Source: an uncultured bacterium
Lineage (GTDB): Bacteria; Babelota; Babeliae; Babelales; Babelaceae
Assembly (NCBI GenBank): GCA_963824495.1
Contig: CAWGPQ010000006.1
Location: 32,001-96,000 of the forward strand
Direction of reading: 5' to 3'
DNA length: 64,000 nt
The stretch's first letter is position 1, and the number at the start of each line of letters is the position of its first letter. Of the stretch, positions 1-9,387 are shown one piece after another. The translations under genes were made by a program, and so were the position numbers. A model generated the notes under the pieces. The model saw only the letters and a list, made by a program, of their open reading frames with translations. It had not been told where the DNA came from and ran no database searches.

Positions 1-1105
1 CGGTAGCTACTGACCCTCGCCCTTTCTCCATGCGTGATTCAAGAACGTAGCCACGAGCTAATACTTCAGTGTGAGCAGTTAATTCCATAAGCTGTGACTG
101 CAAAATAATAAGATCAAGCAGTTCGTTAACACCTTGGCCAAGTTTAGCAGAAATAGGAACAACAACGGTTTGACCACCCCATTCTTCAGGTACAAGATCG
201 TATTGTACTAAACCTCGCTTTACTGCTTCAATTTGCTGCGCTGTGGCCTTGTCAATTTTATTGATAGCAACAATAATCGGTAGTCCAACTGCTTTTGCAT
301 GTTTAATAGCTTCTATTGTTTGTGGCATAATGCCATCATCGGCGGCAACAACAAGAATAGCTATATCAGCTACTCGTATGCCACGCTCTCGCATACGAGA
401 GAATGCTTCATGGCCTGGCGTATCGAGAAACACAAGATTACCGTGAGGTGTATAGGCTTCATAAGCACCCAAGTGCTGTGTTATGCCACCTTTTTCTTTA
501 GCTGCTACGCGCGTTTTTCGAATAAAATCAAGAAGTGTTGTTTTACCATGATCAACATGGCCGATAACTACAACAATAGGAAGTCGCGATTCTCGAGCTC
601 CTTGCTCTATTTGTGCATGAGTATGATGGCTCAATGCTTTTTTCACAGCAGGTTCACTCGTTTTAATACCGTAATGCTGGGCTATTTGGCTAACAATTTT
701 TTCTGATACTACCTGATTTTTATTGGCAGCAAAACCTTGGCGAAGAAGCATCAGAATGATTTCGCTAACAGGCTTACTTACGTGTGCTGCAAGGTCGGCT
801 ATGGTCATGGGTTCAAGCGGCATAGCCACAGGCTCTAAAGGCTTAGCTTGGGACCGTGATGCCTCAGGAGAGCGTGAAGACGGCTGTGATGGAGTTGCTG
901 TGACGGGAGCAGGCTCTTGAGCTGTGCTTATATGAGGAGTGCTAGGCTGATTGCTGTTCAGCTTTTTTTCAAGAAATGTTTGAGCATCTGGTGAGAGCAC
1001 AGACATATGACTTGCAATATCAAAGCCACCTTCTTGAAGTAGTTTGACAAGCTCTTTCGTGGGAAGCCCATATTTTTTAGAAAATTCGTATACGCGCATT
1101 GTCAT
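1..1105 (-). CDS. infB: Translation initiation factor IF-2, 5' part (runs off window)
   Basis: Not in the ORF track. Manual minus-strand translation from ATG 1105 (or 1099) gives [20 protein letters not shown]; GTPase motifs VIGHVDHGK (~570-541) and [10 protein letters not shown] (~430-401); directly downstream of nusA. Confidence 0.97.
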   Translation of the reverse strand, partial: MTMRVYEFSKKYGLPTKELVKLLQEGGFDIASHMSVLSPDAQTFLEKKLNSNQPSTPHISTAQEPAPVTATPSQPSSRSPEASRSQAKPLEPVAMPLEPMTIADLAAHVSKPVSEIILMLLRQGFAANKNQVVSEKIVSQIAQHYGIKTSEPAVKKALSHHTHAQIEQGARESRLPIVVVIGHVDHGKTTLLDFIRKTRVAAKEKGGITQHLGAYEAYTPHGNLVFLDTPGHEAFSRMRERGIRVADIAILVVAADDGIMPQTIEAIKHAKAVGLPIIVAINKIDKATAQQIEAVKRGLVQYDLVPEEWGGQTVVVPISAKLGQGVNELLDLIILQSQLMELTAHTEVLARGYVLESRMEKGRGSVAT

Positions 1106-1153
1106 GTACGTTATGCCATTCGTGCTTTGTAGCAATAGCTCATTAATAGCTCA

Positions 1154-2248
1154 TTAAATTTGTTCGTTATGAGGCTGCTGGAGCTCTCCTGATTCTTCTA
1201 CTTCTTCTATTAGATCGAGTGGCTCATGTTTCATCAAATGAATGTTAAGCCCTGTTAACTGACAAGCAAGTGCTATATTTTGACCCATTTTACCTATGGC
1301 AAATGATCGTTGATCTTCATCAAGCCAGACTTCTACGTTTTTGTTATCGATCATTTCAACACGATTAATCTTTGCGGGTTTTAAAGCATCTCTTACTAAT
1401 TCTTCAATTGAGCTGCTAAATCTAATAATATCAATTTTTTCACCACCTAATTCACCAAGAATTGGCTGGATTCGGGTACCTCCAATGCCAACGCAGGCTC
1501 CTACAGGATCAATGTTCTTACCGTGTGATACTACCAAAACTTTTGATTTATATCCAGCCATACGGACAACTTTATTGATTTCGACGATTTTCTCGTAAAT
1601 TTCCGGGATCTCAAGCTTAAAAAGCTTTGCCAAGAATTCGGGGGACACTCGATCAAGAATGAGTTGATTTTCGTTACGTGGTTCAGGTAAAACTTCTTTA
1701 AGCAGAGCTCGAATAGTATATCCTACCGTGCACTTATCACCAGGTATAGTAAGCGACTTTGGCAAAAATGCAAGGGTATCACCAATTTTTACGGTAACTC
1801 CCATACGTTCGCATTTGTGTATAACACCTTGAACAATTTCGCCTTCTTGAGGTTTAAATTCGTTGTAGATAGCTGCAGCTTCAATGCTACGGATCTTTTG
1901 GGCAATGATCTGTTTTGCTTTTAAGATCTCGATACGACCGATGGGCCCCTCAAAAGGAACCTCGATGCTATCGCCAAGCTGGACATCTTCTTTTATCGAG
2001 CGAGCCTTACGCAGGCTGACTTCTTTGTCTTCATCAGTTACGCTGCTTACTACACTTTTTACAGCGAAAGTCTCAATTTCATCGGTTTTTTTGTTGTAAT
2101 GCACTGCAAACGTTATAGTGGGATATCTTTTTTCATAAGCAGCAAGCATGCCTTCGCACATGATGGTGCTTAATACAGCACGATCCAGGCCTTTCTCTTC
2201 AACGAGTTCTTCTATGACATTCGACAGTTTCACAACTTTTCCTAGCAA
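1154..2248 (-). CDS. nusA: Transcription termination/antitermination factor NusA (short form; likely start GTG 2233)
   Basis: GRIEILKAKQ, S1 domain, DPVGACVGIGG, EKIDII, AIGKMGQNI KH motifs; upstream of infB. Confidence 0.97.
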   Translation of the reverse strand: MLGKVVKLSNVIEELVEEKGLDRAVLSTIMCEGMLAAYEKRYPTITFAVHYNKKTDEIETFAVKSVVSSVTDEDKEVSLRKARSIKEDVQLGDSIEVPFEGPIGRIEILKAKQIIAQKIRSIEAAAIYNEFKPQEGEIVQGVIHKCERMGVTVKIGDTLAFLPKSLTIPGDKCTVGYTIRALLKEVLPEPRNENQLILDRVSPEFLAKLFKLEIPEIYEKIVEINKVVRMAGYKSKVLVVSHGKNIDPVGACVGIGGTRIQPILGELGGEKIDIIRFSSSIEELVRDALKPAKINRVEMIDNKNVEVWLDEDQRSFAIGKMGQNIALACQLTGLNIHLMKHEPLDLIEEVEESGELQQPHNEQI

Positions 2249-2379
2249 AATTAAGAATCATTTACACCAGCACGCTTAGATAGCATAACAAAAAAATGAG
2301 CAGATTGAAAGCCGGAGTATACACCTTTTGGGTAATCGTAAAAGTTGATAGTCCCAAAAAAGGTTTCAGTCTGTGTAAA

Positions 2380-2695
2380 CACCTACTATTACTTTATTAT
2401 TAATACCGATAGGTATAGTAGTAGTAGGTGAGGCACTTTTTTGTGGATAACTGGTCTAAAACGCACTCAATATATCGATTCAGTCGACCTTTGTTCATTT
2501 GTGGATAACTGGTGGATAACTGGTGGATAATTTGTGGATAACTTTTTTGACGTGCTGTAATCTAGCGCTATCAGCTTATTCTCGACATGTTTAATCTTGA
2601 GAAAATCGATAGCATCGATCAATGCTAAAAAAAAGAGCTTGACGTTTTTTGAGTTTTCCACATCGTTTCCACCAGTTATCCACCAGTTATCCACA
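2380..2695. promoter_or_regulatory. Candidate chromosomal replication origin (oriC): DnaA-box arrays, DnaA-trio-like tracts, AT-rich core
   Basis: TGTGGATAA at 2442, 2500, 2533; GGTGGATAA at 2511, 2522; opposite orientation TTTTCCACA 2654, GTTTCCACC 2665, TTATCCACC 2676, TTATCCACA 2687; (TAG)4 at 2416-2427; CTACTATTACT at 2383-2393. Confidence 0.8.
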
Positions 2696-2758
2696 TTTTG
2701 CACGTTTAAACTTTTTGTTTTTGTTTCAATGAGGGATTTTGTCTTTTTAAATACAAAC

Positions 2759-3394
2759 TTATATTTTTTTTAGGTGGTGAGTTATCGTCAAAAGATCGTG
2801 CTGAAAGTCTTTCTCAGCGGGTCGGTTACGTAGCACATAAGCAGGGTGATACGTGGGAATAAGCAGTATACCGTGATAATCAAGAGGCTTGCCTCGTACT
2901 TGAGTTATAGAAATGGGGCGTTCTAGTAATCCCTGAAGCGCTGATGAGCCTAGGGTGCATATAATCTTGGGTCGCACAATCTTAATTTCATCTAAAAGCA
3001 GCGGTTTATAGGCCTTTACTTCACTTGGTGTCGGTGTTCTATTCTCCGGAGGCCGACATTTAACAAGGTTAGTAATGAATACATCTTTCCTATCGAGATG
3101 AGCGTTCTTAAGAAGCTCAGTAAGAAGCTTGCCAGAGCGGCCAACAAAGGGTCTACCTTGTTCATCTTCATCTTTACCAGGGGCTTCTCCTATGAACATA
3201 ACCTCGGCATCAGCATTGCCTTCGCCTGTTACAAGCTGTGTGCACGCCAGAGTGTCGACTAGGCAATTCGGACAATGACGATAGGGTGCATAGAGCTCAT
3301 TGAGCAGCTTTTGCTTGAATTCTTTTTTATCCATTTTTACAATTTGAGTTAGGGTGTTGCTTTTGATAACTGTCATGGTGTTTAAGCTTACCAT
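2759..3394 (-). CDS. Uracil-DNA glycosylase family 4
   Basis: [34 protein letters not shown] motifs; true start may be the downstream MDKKEF. Confidence 0.95.
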   Translation of the reverse strand: MVSLNTMTVIKSNTLTQIVKMDKKEFKQKLLNELYAPYRHCPNCLVDTLACTQLVTGEGNADAEVMFIGEAPGKDEDEQGRPFVGRSGKLLTELLKNAHLDRKDVFITNLVKCRPPENRTPTPSEVKAYKPLLLDEIKIVRPKIICTLGSSALQGLLERPISITQVRGKPLDYHGILLIPTYHPAYVLRNRPAEKDFQHDLLTITHHLKKI

Positions 3395-3547
3395 TACGCA
3401 ACTGAAAAATACAGCTTACATAAGATTATTTTTGTATGTGCTTGTTGCTCGGTGCTAAGAATTAGGTATAAGCGCAACAGTATATGCAACAAGATATGCG
3501 ATAAGAATTTGTTGCGATTATAGTATAACTGAAAAAATAAAACAAGC

Positions 3548-4687
3548 CTAGCGCTTAGTATGATTAAGCCATGCAAGTCCAAAAGTAAGAACAAAACTTA
3601 ACTGGAAGTCGAGAAAGAAAAGTTGAAGGGGGTTAGTCAGAAGTATGCAGCAACATGCCAGGCACAAAACATGTAATGGATGAATGGCGATGTTAAGCAA
3701 CATACAAGTCTTATAGAGAGCATAGGTAAGCAAAGCGCGGATAAATGACACACTTGACCATGATAAAAGTGAATATATTGCCGTAAGAGCTATGATAAGA
3801 AGTTGCTTTATACTAAAATGGCAGGGTATATAGCTCATAATTATTCCACATATAAGTGCAAAGATGACCACATGTAGTCCCGATCGTGCAAGATAATGTG
3901 TTATGCCCCACGCTTGAAAGTATTTTCTCATGCTACTCATATTATTAAGAGAGTCAGGCTTTTTACCCAAAAATAACGGGCAAAATAACGTGTACGTTTG
4001 AGCTGACATTTTGTTTTTTAAGCTTTCTGCTACATGCATGCGATGAAAGGAGAGCCATCTCTTGATTAACTCCCTCAATGATTGTCCTCGTTTAAGCACG
4101 CTATAGCGTGGATTTTTCATAAAAACTGTTGCGGCATAACCTTCCTTAAAAAGATACTTTTGATATGAGGCGTTGGTACTTGGCCTAAAAAATATGTCTT
4201 TTACTTCAAGAGTATCGCCTACGTTAGCGCTCAAGGGCATCGGCGTGTACAGTTTAATTAACTTCCCCTGAGCGTTTTGACTGTTATGCCCCTTTATAGT
4301 TAGTCGATTAATTTTAAGAGTATGGGCATATGGTTGTTGTCTGTTACTTGTTTTTTCAGCATCTTCAAGCGTAGCTTGTATATCTGCTTTACAGAGGTTT
4401 AGTTGCTGCGTGAGCTCTTTATAAGAGCTCACTTGCTGATAATAACGCAAAGCTCCTGCAAAAAAGAATAAGAGAGCCAAGCATGCAAGCCGATAAACCT
4501 GGGCAAATAGTTCACGACTACTTATTAAGCCACTGATTGCCAGAGCAACTGCTACACCAACTATGAGCGGTAGTATAAGCAGGCTGTTAAAAGCTTGCCA
4601 GAGTATTCCTGCTATAAGAGAGAGCGTAAAAATAAGAAAGGGTGGAATATGAAACGGAAGAATTATGTACACTTGAAACTTATGCAA
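3548..4687 (-). CDS. comEC: ComEC/Rec2 competence membrane protein (no C-terminal metallo-beta-lactamase domain)
   Basis: GITHYLARSGLHV, SFIRA, NP...DFQLSF motifs; multiple TM segments. Confidence 0.85.
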   Translation of the reverse strand: MHKFQVYIILPFHIPPFLIFTLSLIAGILWQAFNSLLILPLIVGVAVALAISGLISSRELFAQVYRLACLALLFFFAGALRYYQQVSSYKELTQQLNLCKADIQATLEDAEKTSNRQQPYAHTLKINRLTIKGHNSQNAQGKLIKLYTPMPLSANVGDTLEVKDIFFRPSTNASYQKYLFKEGYAATVFMKNPRYSVLKRGQSLRELIKRWLSFHRMHVAESLKNKMSAQTYTLFCPLFLGKKPDSLNNMSSMRKYFQAWGITHYLARSGLHVVIFALICGIIMSYIPCHFSIKQLLIIALTAIYSLLSWSSVSFIRALLTYALYKTCMLLNIAIHPLHVLCLACCCILLTNPLQLFFLDFQLSFVLTFGLAWLNHTKR

Positions 4688-4777
4688 AATAAGAAATATA
4701 AGAAATTTTATAGCATAATTACTAGCATAATTAAATATATAAATGTGTCAAAGATTGCTCTATTTGATATAGCAGAA

Positions 4778-5542
4778 TTATTGCCAGATTTTTACCTCAT
4801 CTACATGCATATAAGGTGGTGGATTAACTGTTGTCTCCGCTCCTTTTTGAGCATTGACTGTTATGTAGCCTTTCCGTCCGCACATGTTTGCCAACCAATC
4901 AGGTTTTTGAATGGTGCAACTCATATAGTCATAGGTAACCGGATCTAGTAATTCGATGAGAAAATTACCGTTCTCCAGGACTTTGATATTCCAATAACGA
5001 TATATAGCTGGGTTCTTTAAGGCCTCTTCTACTTTGAAACAGTCACCCATAGCTTTGCAGGTACTTTCGCTATTAGGATCACCTGGCCATTGGCACCATT
5101 TTTGTGTTGGTTGGTTACAGTCACCACACAAATAAAAAAATCCTGTATAACTGTTCTCCGGAAATACCCAACCATATTCTCCACCGCCATTATAACATCG
5201 TTTTTCATGGAAAAATAGCGCAAATTCATTCTCACGTTTGCCAAGAACATTCTTATAAACCAATCCCTTGAAGGAGATACCCTTTACGTTGTAAAGCTTA
5301 TCACTTATCCAACGCTTACTCGTCATTCTATATTCACCTGAACAATCTGGTTCAGGAAACCAAGATTTACCCTCGGTGGGAAAGCGTGTCGAATAAACAT
5401 GTGTACTCAAGTTGCCACAAGGTGGATTTTTGCAGGGATAGATATACGTGTGAGGCAATGATATCTGATTCCAACTACCATTAGCACATGCTATTCCCGT
5501 TACAATAAAGGTCAAAATATAGCAGAAATAAGTTAATCTCAT
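4778..5542 (-). CDS. Secreted Cys/Trp-rich hypothetical protein, possible ConA/GH16-like beta-sandwich
   Basis: N-terminal signal peptide; many Cys; C-terminal YMHVDEVKIWQ resembles the last strand of GH16/ConA folds. Confidence 0.55.
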   Translation of the reverse strand: MRLTYFCYILTFIVTGIACANGSWNQISLPHTYIYPCKNPPCGNLSTHVYSTRFPTEGKSWFPEPDCSGEYRMTSKRWISDKLYNVKGISFKGLVYKNVLGKRENEFALFFHEKRCYNGGGEYGWVFPENSYTGFFYLCGDCNQPTQKWCQWPGDPNSESTCKAMGDCFKVEEALKNPAIYRYWNIKVLENGNFLIELLDPVTYDYMSCTIQKPDWLANMCGRKGYITVNAQKGAETTVNPPPYMHVDEVKIWQ

Positions 5543-5836
5543 ACATCGCCTCGTTAATTCAAACTAATTTAACAACTCAATTTAATTATATTATGCAATT
5601 ATTATAATCATATAAATAATTAATTACATTTGTCAATAGTTGATATGGCGATTCAGGTCAATCGCACGAACTAAGCCAACTTCGCCGAGGGCTACGACGG
5701 TCAAGGGCAGCAATAACAGAAAGAAAGCAGTCAACCGTTAGGCCATATGAGCACACAGGTGCAAAACGTGCTGGAAACGTTTAGTGGGATTAAACTTCGT
5801 GATGTCTGTCCCTAATTTCTTGAGGGTAATTTTGCC

Positions 5837-6652
5837 CTAATCCAAATATATAGAATAATATTTATTTAATAATTGTTTCAGTATATACAGTTCATTTTGA
5901 TACTCATGCTCTGGTCTACGTAGATCGTATAGAGCCTTAGCTCGAAAATGATAGGCATGTGCCGGTATCGCATCTTTTTTACTTTCGTACTCTTCACGTG
6001 TAAAAAAATCCACACGCTCTGCATTAATAATAGGTATATTTCTTTTCTGGAAAAATAAACCAATCAGAACATCATCAGGTAAATCAGAACTATATAGAAA
6101 GATATCTTCTTTTTCTTTTACCATCATTTCAACTAAATCAGGTGATACTATAATCCCCGCCCCTGAACCAAAATAAATCCTGCCAAACTTTGGACACGCG
6201 CTCTCGGGGATATACATAGAAATCGCACAGTAGCATTTTTGTTTTGGGAGCTTATTAAGAAATTTTAACAAGTTAGGGAAGTAATAAAATGAGGACAAAT
6301 TTGTTCGAATGACATAATCGAATTCTTTCAGCCTCGGCTGTATTGCTTCCATAGATAAAACTGTCTTATTGGCGATTCCGGGGCTATAATTTTCTGCTGC
6401 TTTAATAGTAATGGTATCGTTGCTGATCTCGTAATCTTTGGATAAATTTGGATCCCCTCTAATAAAATAAACTTCAAAGTGTTCCGGATCTCTATGCATG
6501 TAGGATTTCCATACCCTTTGGAGTTCGAGATAGGCTGGCACACCATCTGAAGCTATTATTAACACAAGTGTTTTCTTGGGTGGGACTTCATTTGCACCTA
6601 TACTATCTTGAAAGCACATTAATGTTAGCGAGAGCAGCAAAAATTTTTTCAT
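5837..6652 (-). CDS. Secreted GT-A-fold glycosyltransferase-like protein (GT31/Fringe-like)
   Basis: Signal peptide; FDYVIRTNLSS, FGSGAGIIVSPDLV, PDDVLIG motifs. Confidence 0.65.
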   Translation of the reverse strand: MKKFLLLSLTLMCFQDSIGANEVPPKKTLVLIIASDGVPAYLELQRVWKSYMHRDPEHFEVYFIRGDPNLSKDYEISNDTITIKAAENYSPGIANKTVLSMEAIQPRLKEFDYVIRTNLSSFYYFPNLLKFLNKLPKQKCYCAISMYIPESACPKFGRIYFGSGAGIIVSPDLVEMMVKEKEDIFLYSSDLPDDVLIGLFFQKRNIPIINAERVDFFTREEYESKKDAIPAHAYHFRAKALYDLRRPEHEYQNELYILKQLLNKYYSIYLD

Positions 6653-6844
6653 CTTTAAATTTCTTTAACCACGTTTACGCTTTCTCCTGCCCTTACTCAA
6701 GTAATGGGTTTGTGAAAGCACAATAATCTATTAAAGCTCAAGCATGTTCGCTTGTATGGTAGTCTGTTTATTCCGTGGTTATATTACCAAGAATGCGTGC
6801 TAAAGCAAGAGAATTTGTAAGGGTAGACGAAAATAGTTTATTAA

Positions 6845-7023
6845 GCTAAGCGGAAAACCCCATTGGCTTATCCGAGTCTGGGGATGAATGCTTATACCTG
6901 CGTGAGGTGTGACGGTTAGTAAAATTGGAGCCTAGTCAAGAGCAGTTTACTCTCTCTGCTGGCAATGACATGGGTCACCCTGTGCAGCAAGAACCCATGG
7001 CCTTTGGGCCATGTGAGCGTCAA
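6845..7023 (+). mobile_element. Non-autonomous IS200/IS605-derived mini-element with omegaRNA-like right end
   Basis: Left hairpin TAAGC..CCCCA..TGGGG..GCTTA (6847-6894); right hairpin CATGGCC-TTTG-GGCCATG (6996-7013) then TGAGCGTCAA ending 7023; ankyrin ORF similarity breaks at 7024; left boundary approximate. Confidence 0.7.
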
Positions 7024-7251
7024 TACAGCGATAGTTAATGGGGCTACGCCAGCTTCGTTCATAACATTAACGTTTGCACCTTGATTAAGTAAGCTCTCAG
7101 CCTCTAATGTGTCATCATTTTCGACAGCTTCAAGTAGAGCGTAACCAGGTGATTGTCGCTTGCTTGGTTGCAGTTGCTCAATACTATATGTGTTACAAGA
7201 TAGGCAGGTGACAAATAAGCTAAAAGTAGCGAAGCTTTTGCAAGATATCAT
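6916..7251 (-). pseudogene. Ankyrin-repeat protein truncated by the mini-element
   Basis: Signal peptide, ALLEAVEND..LLNQGANVNVMNEAGVAPLTIAV ankyrin consensus; residues after V76 are read from the element. Confidence 0.75.
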
Positions 7252-7283
7252 GAGTTAATTCCCCCAAGGGAGGTGAATTTAGT

Positions 7284-9143
7284 CTAACTATCTATAACGT
7301 CATTAAGGCCGCACGTGACTGCTTCTTTCTCATTAAGATATTCACGCACTTTGAATATCAATAACGAGAGTGCTGCAGGTGTCATGCCTTGAATAAGCGA
7401 TGCTTGCGCAATAGTAGTTGGTCGGTACTTCATGAGTTTTTGCTGTAACTCAATTGATAACCCTGGCATTCCAGTATAATCAAAGTCTATCGGTATTACC
7501 AACGATTGATAATGCTGCAATTTTTCGACTTCACGTTCTTCTCGCTTAAGGTATGGTCCATAGAGAAGTTCTGCATGAATCGATGCAAGAGCTCGCTCTG
7601 ATAATCTTGTAGTGCTTGCGTTAATAATCTTGTGTTTGACGGTACCGATATCACCCTGTGAGAGCAGGCGCATGAGCTCAACGCCCTCTTTGCCACTTTT
7701 AAGTTTTGCTGCAAGTTCCTCTATAAGCTTTTTTTCTTGTTGTATATCGTTATAGCATTGCTCGTTTATAAGACCTAACGTGTAAGCACGTTCGCCAAGT
7801 CTGCTAAATACGTTATCTTGACGCAGAAGCAGACGTCGTTCTGCTCGTGATGTAAACATACGGTATGGCTCATCGACACCGAGGCTGACCAGATCGTCTA
7901 TCATAATACCAATATACCCTTGGGTTCGATCTATAATAAAAGGTTCTTTGCCTGTGTGCTTAAGATGGGCATTAATACCAGCTATAATACCCTGGCCGGC
8001 AGCTTCTTCGTAACCGGTTGTACCATTAATCTGTCCAGCAAGAAATAAACCTGAAATGGCTTTGAGCTCAAGGGTAGGGTGTAACTGGTTTGGTGCTATA
8101 AAATCATACTCCACGGCGTAGCCAGGTCTGACGATTTGTGCACTCTCAAAGCCGGGAATTGTCTGTATAAATTCACGCTGTGCTTCAAGTGGTAGTGATG
8201 TTGAGAGCCCGTTTGGATAGATCTCTTCACTACTTGCGCTTTCAGGTTCAACAAAAACGTGATGGCTCGTTTTATCAGGAAAGCGTGAAATCTTATCTTC
8301 GATTGATGGGCAATAGCGTGGTGGCGTGCCCTTGATGTGCCCCGTAAATATAGGCGATAGATTAAAGTTTTTTTTGATAACATCATGAGTTTCTTGCGTC
8401 GTATGTGTTATATAGCAGGCCATCTTGTGCTCTACTTTATGGGGATAGAACTCAAAAAGATACTCAAGCTCATCTGAACCTTGCTCTTCCATTTTTGAAA
8501 AATCGAGACTTGATCGTAATAAGCGGGGTGGTGTGCCTGTTTTAAGGCGTCCCATGCTCAAGCCAAGGCTTTTGAGGAACCCGGAAAGGCTCGAAACTGC
8601 TTCTTCGCCCTGTCGGCCTGCAGCGTAATTGGTTTGTCCTACATGAATAAGACCGTTAAGAAATGTACCTGTTGTTAAAATAACGGTTGAAGCATTATAA
8701 CGTGCTCCTTCACGTGTCCGAACTCCACGAACTCTCTTGTGCTCATCAAGAATAACCTCATCAACCATGCCCATGCTGAGCGTCAAGTTGGGAGTTTTTT
8801 CTAATACTTGTTTGCTGATTTTATTATAGGCGTGCTTGTCTATCTGAAGTCGGAGTCCTTGAACTGCTGGTCCCTTACGCGTATTAAGCATACGTGCTTG
8901 TAAATAGGTTTTAGTACAGAGTTGAGGCATAAGCCCCCCCAGTGTGCTAATCTCAAAGACGATATGACCTTTGCCTATTCCGCCTACGGCCGGGTTACAG
9001 GGCATATGACCTATACGATCAACATTCAGGGTAATCATAAGTGTTCGTGAGCCCATGCGTGCGGCAGCGTAGGCTGCTTCTATTCCTGCATGTCCACCAC
9101 CGACAACAATAACATCAAAATCTTGCCAAACGTGAGAACTCAT
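7284..9143 (-). CDS. mnmG: tRNA uridine 5-carboxymethylaminomethyl modification enzyme MnmG (GidA)
   Basis: [62 protein letters not shown] at 9143. Confidence 0.98.
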   Translation of the reverse strand: MSSHVWQDFDVIVVGGGHAGIEAAYAAARMGSRTLMITLNVDRIGHMPCNPAVGGIGKGHIVFEISTLGGLMPQLCTKTYLQARMLNTRKGPAVQGLRLQIDKHAYNKISKQVLEKTPNLTLSMGMVDEVILDEHKRVRGVRTREGARYNASTVILTTGTFLNGLIHVGQTNYAAGRQGEEAVSSLSGFLKSLGLSMGRLKTGTPPRLLRSSLDFSKMEEQGSDELEYLFEFYPHKVEHKMACYITHTTQETHDVIKKNFNLSPIFTGHIKGTPPRYCPSIEDKISRFPDKTSHHVFVEPESASSEEIYPNGLSTSLPLEAQREFIQTIPGFESAQIVRPGYAVEYDFIAPNQLHPTLELKAISGLFLAGQINGTTGYEEAAGQGIIAGINAHLKHTGKEPFIIDRTQGYIGIMIDDLVSLGVDEPYRMFTSRAERRLLLRQDNVFSRLGERAYTLGLINEQCYNDIQQEKKLIEELAAKLKSGKEGVELMRLLSQGDIGTVKHKIINASTTRLSERALASIHAELLYGPYLKREEREVEKLQHYQSLVIPIDFDYTGMPGLSIELQQKLMKYRPTTIAQASLIQGMTPAALSLLIFKVREYLNEKEAVTCGLNDVIDS

Positions 9144-9387
9144 AGCTATTAATAAAAAACCTGAAAATGAGTGATAAAGCAAAGCGTAACTACATTACAG
9201 TTTATTCAAAAAGATAATAAAAATCAATGGCGAATGGCGATATGAGCACAAGCCTTCAAAAGATCCTATGATCCCTAGCGGAATATAGTACGGCTTATGT
9301 ATACTTCTTTTTATCAATCACAAGCGAATTCAAGATTACGACTTGAGCAGCTCTGATTGAGTTTCGTGTTATGAGGAAGGGAAGTGC

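Noticed and set aside
243..920. Short plus-strand ORFs
   Set aside because: Antisense shadows of infB; the same applies to most <150-aa ORFs overlapping longer genes
2500..2541. 11-bp tandem repeats as CRISPR or plasmid iterons
   Set aside because: No spacers, cas or rep gene; units match DnaA boxes among chromosomal core genes
2467..2703. 78-aa ORF on minus strand
   Set aside because: Translation (VDNWWIT, LSTNYPPVIHQLST) is a by-product of the DnaA-box arrays
3394..3594. 66-aa ORF as a comEC continuation
   Set aside because: Low-complexity Leu-rich translation with no ComEC or MBL motif
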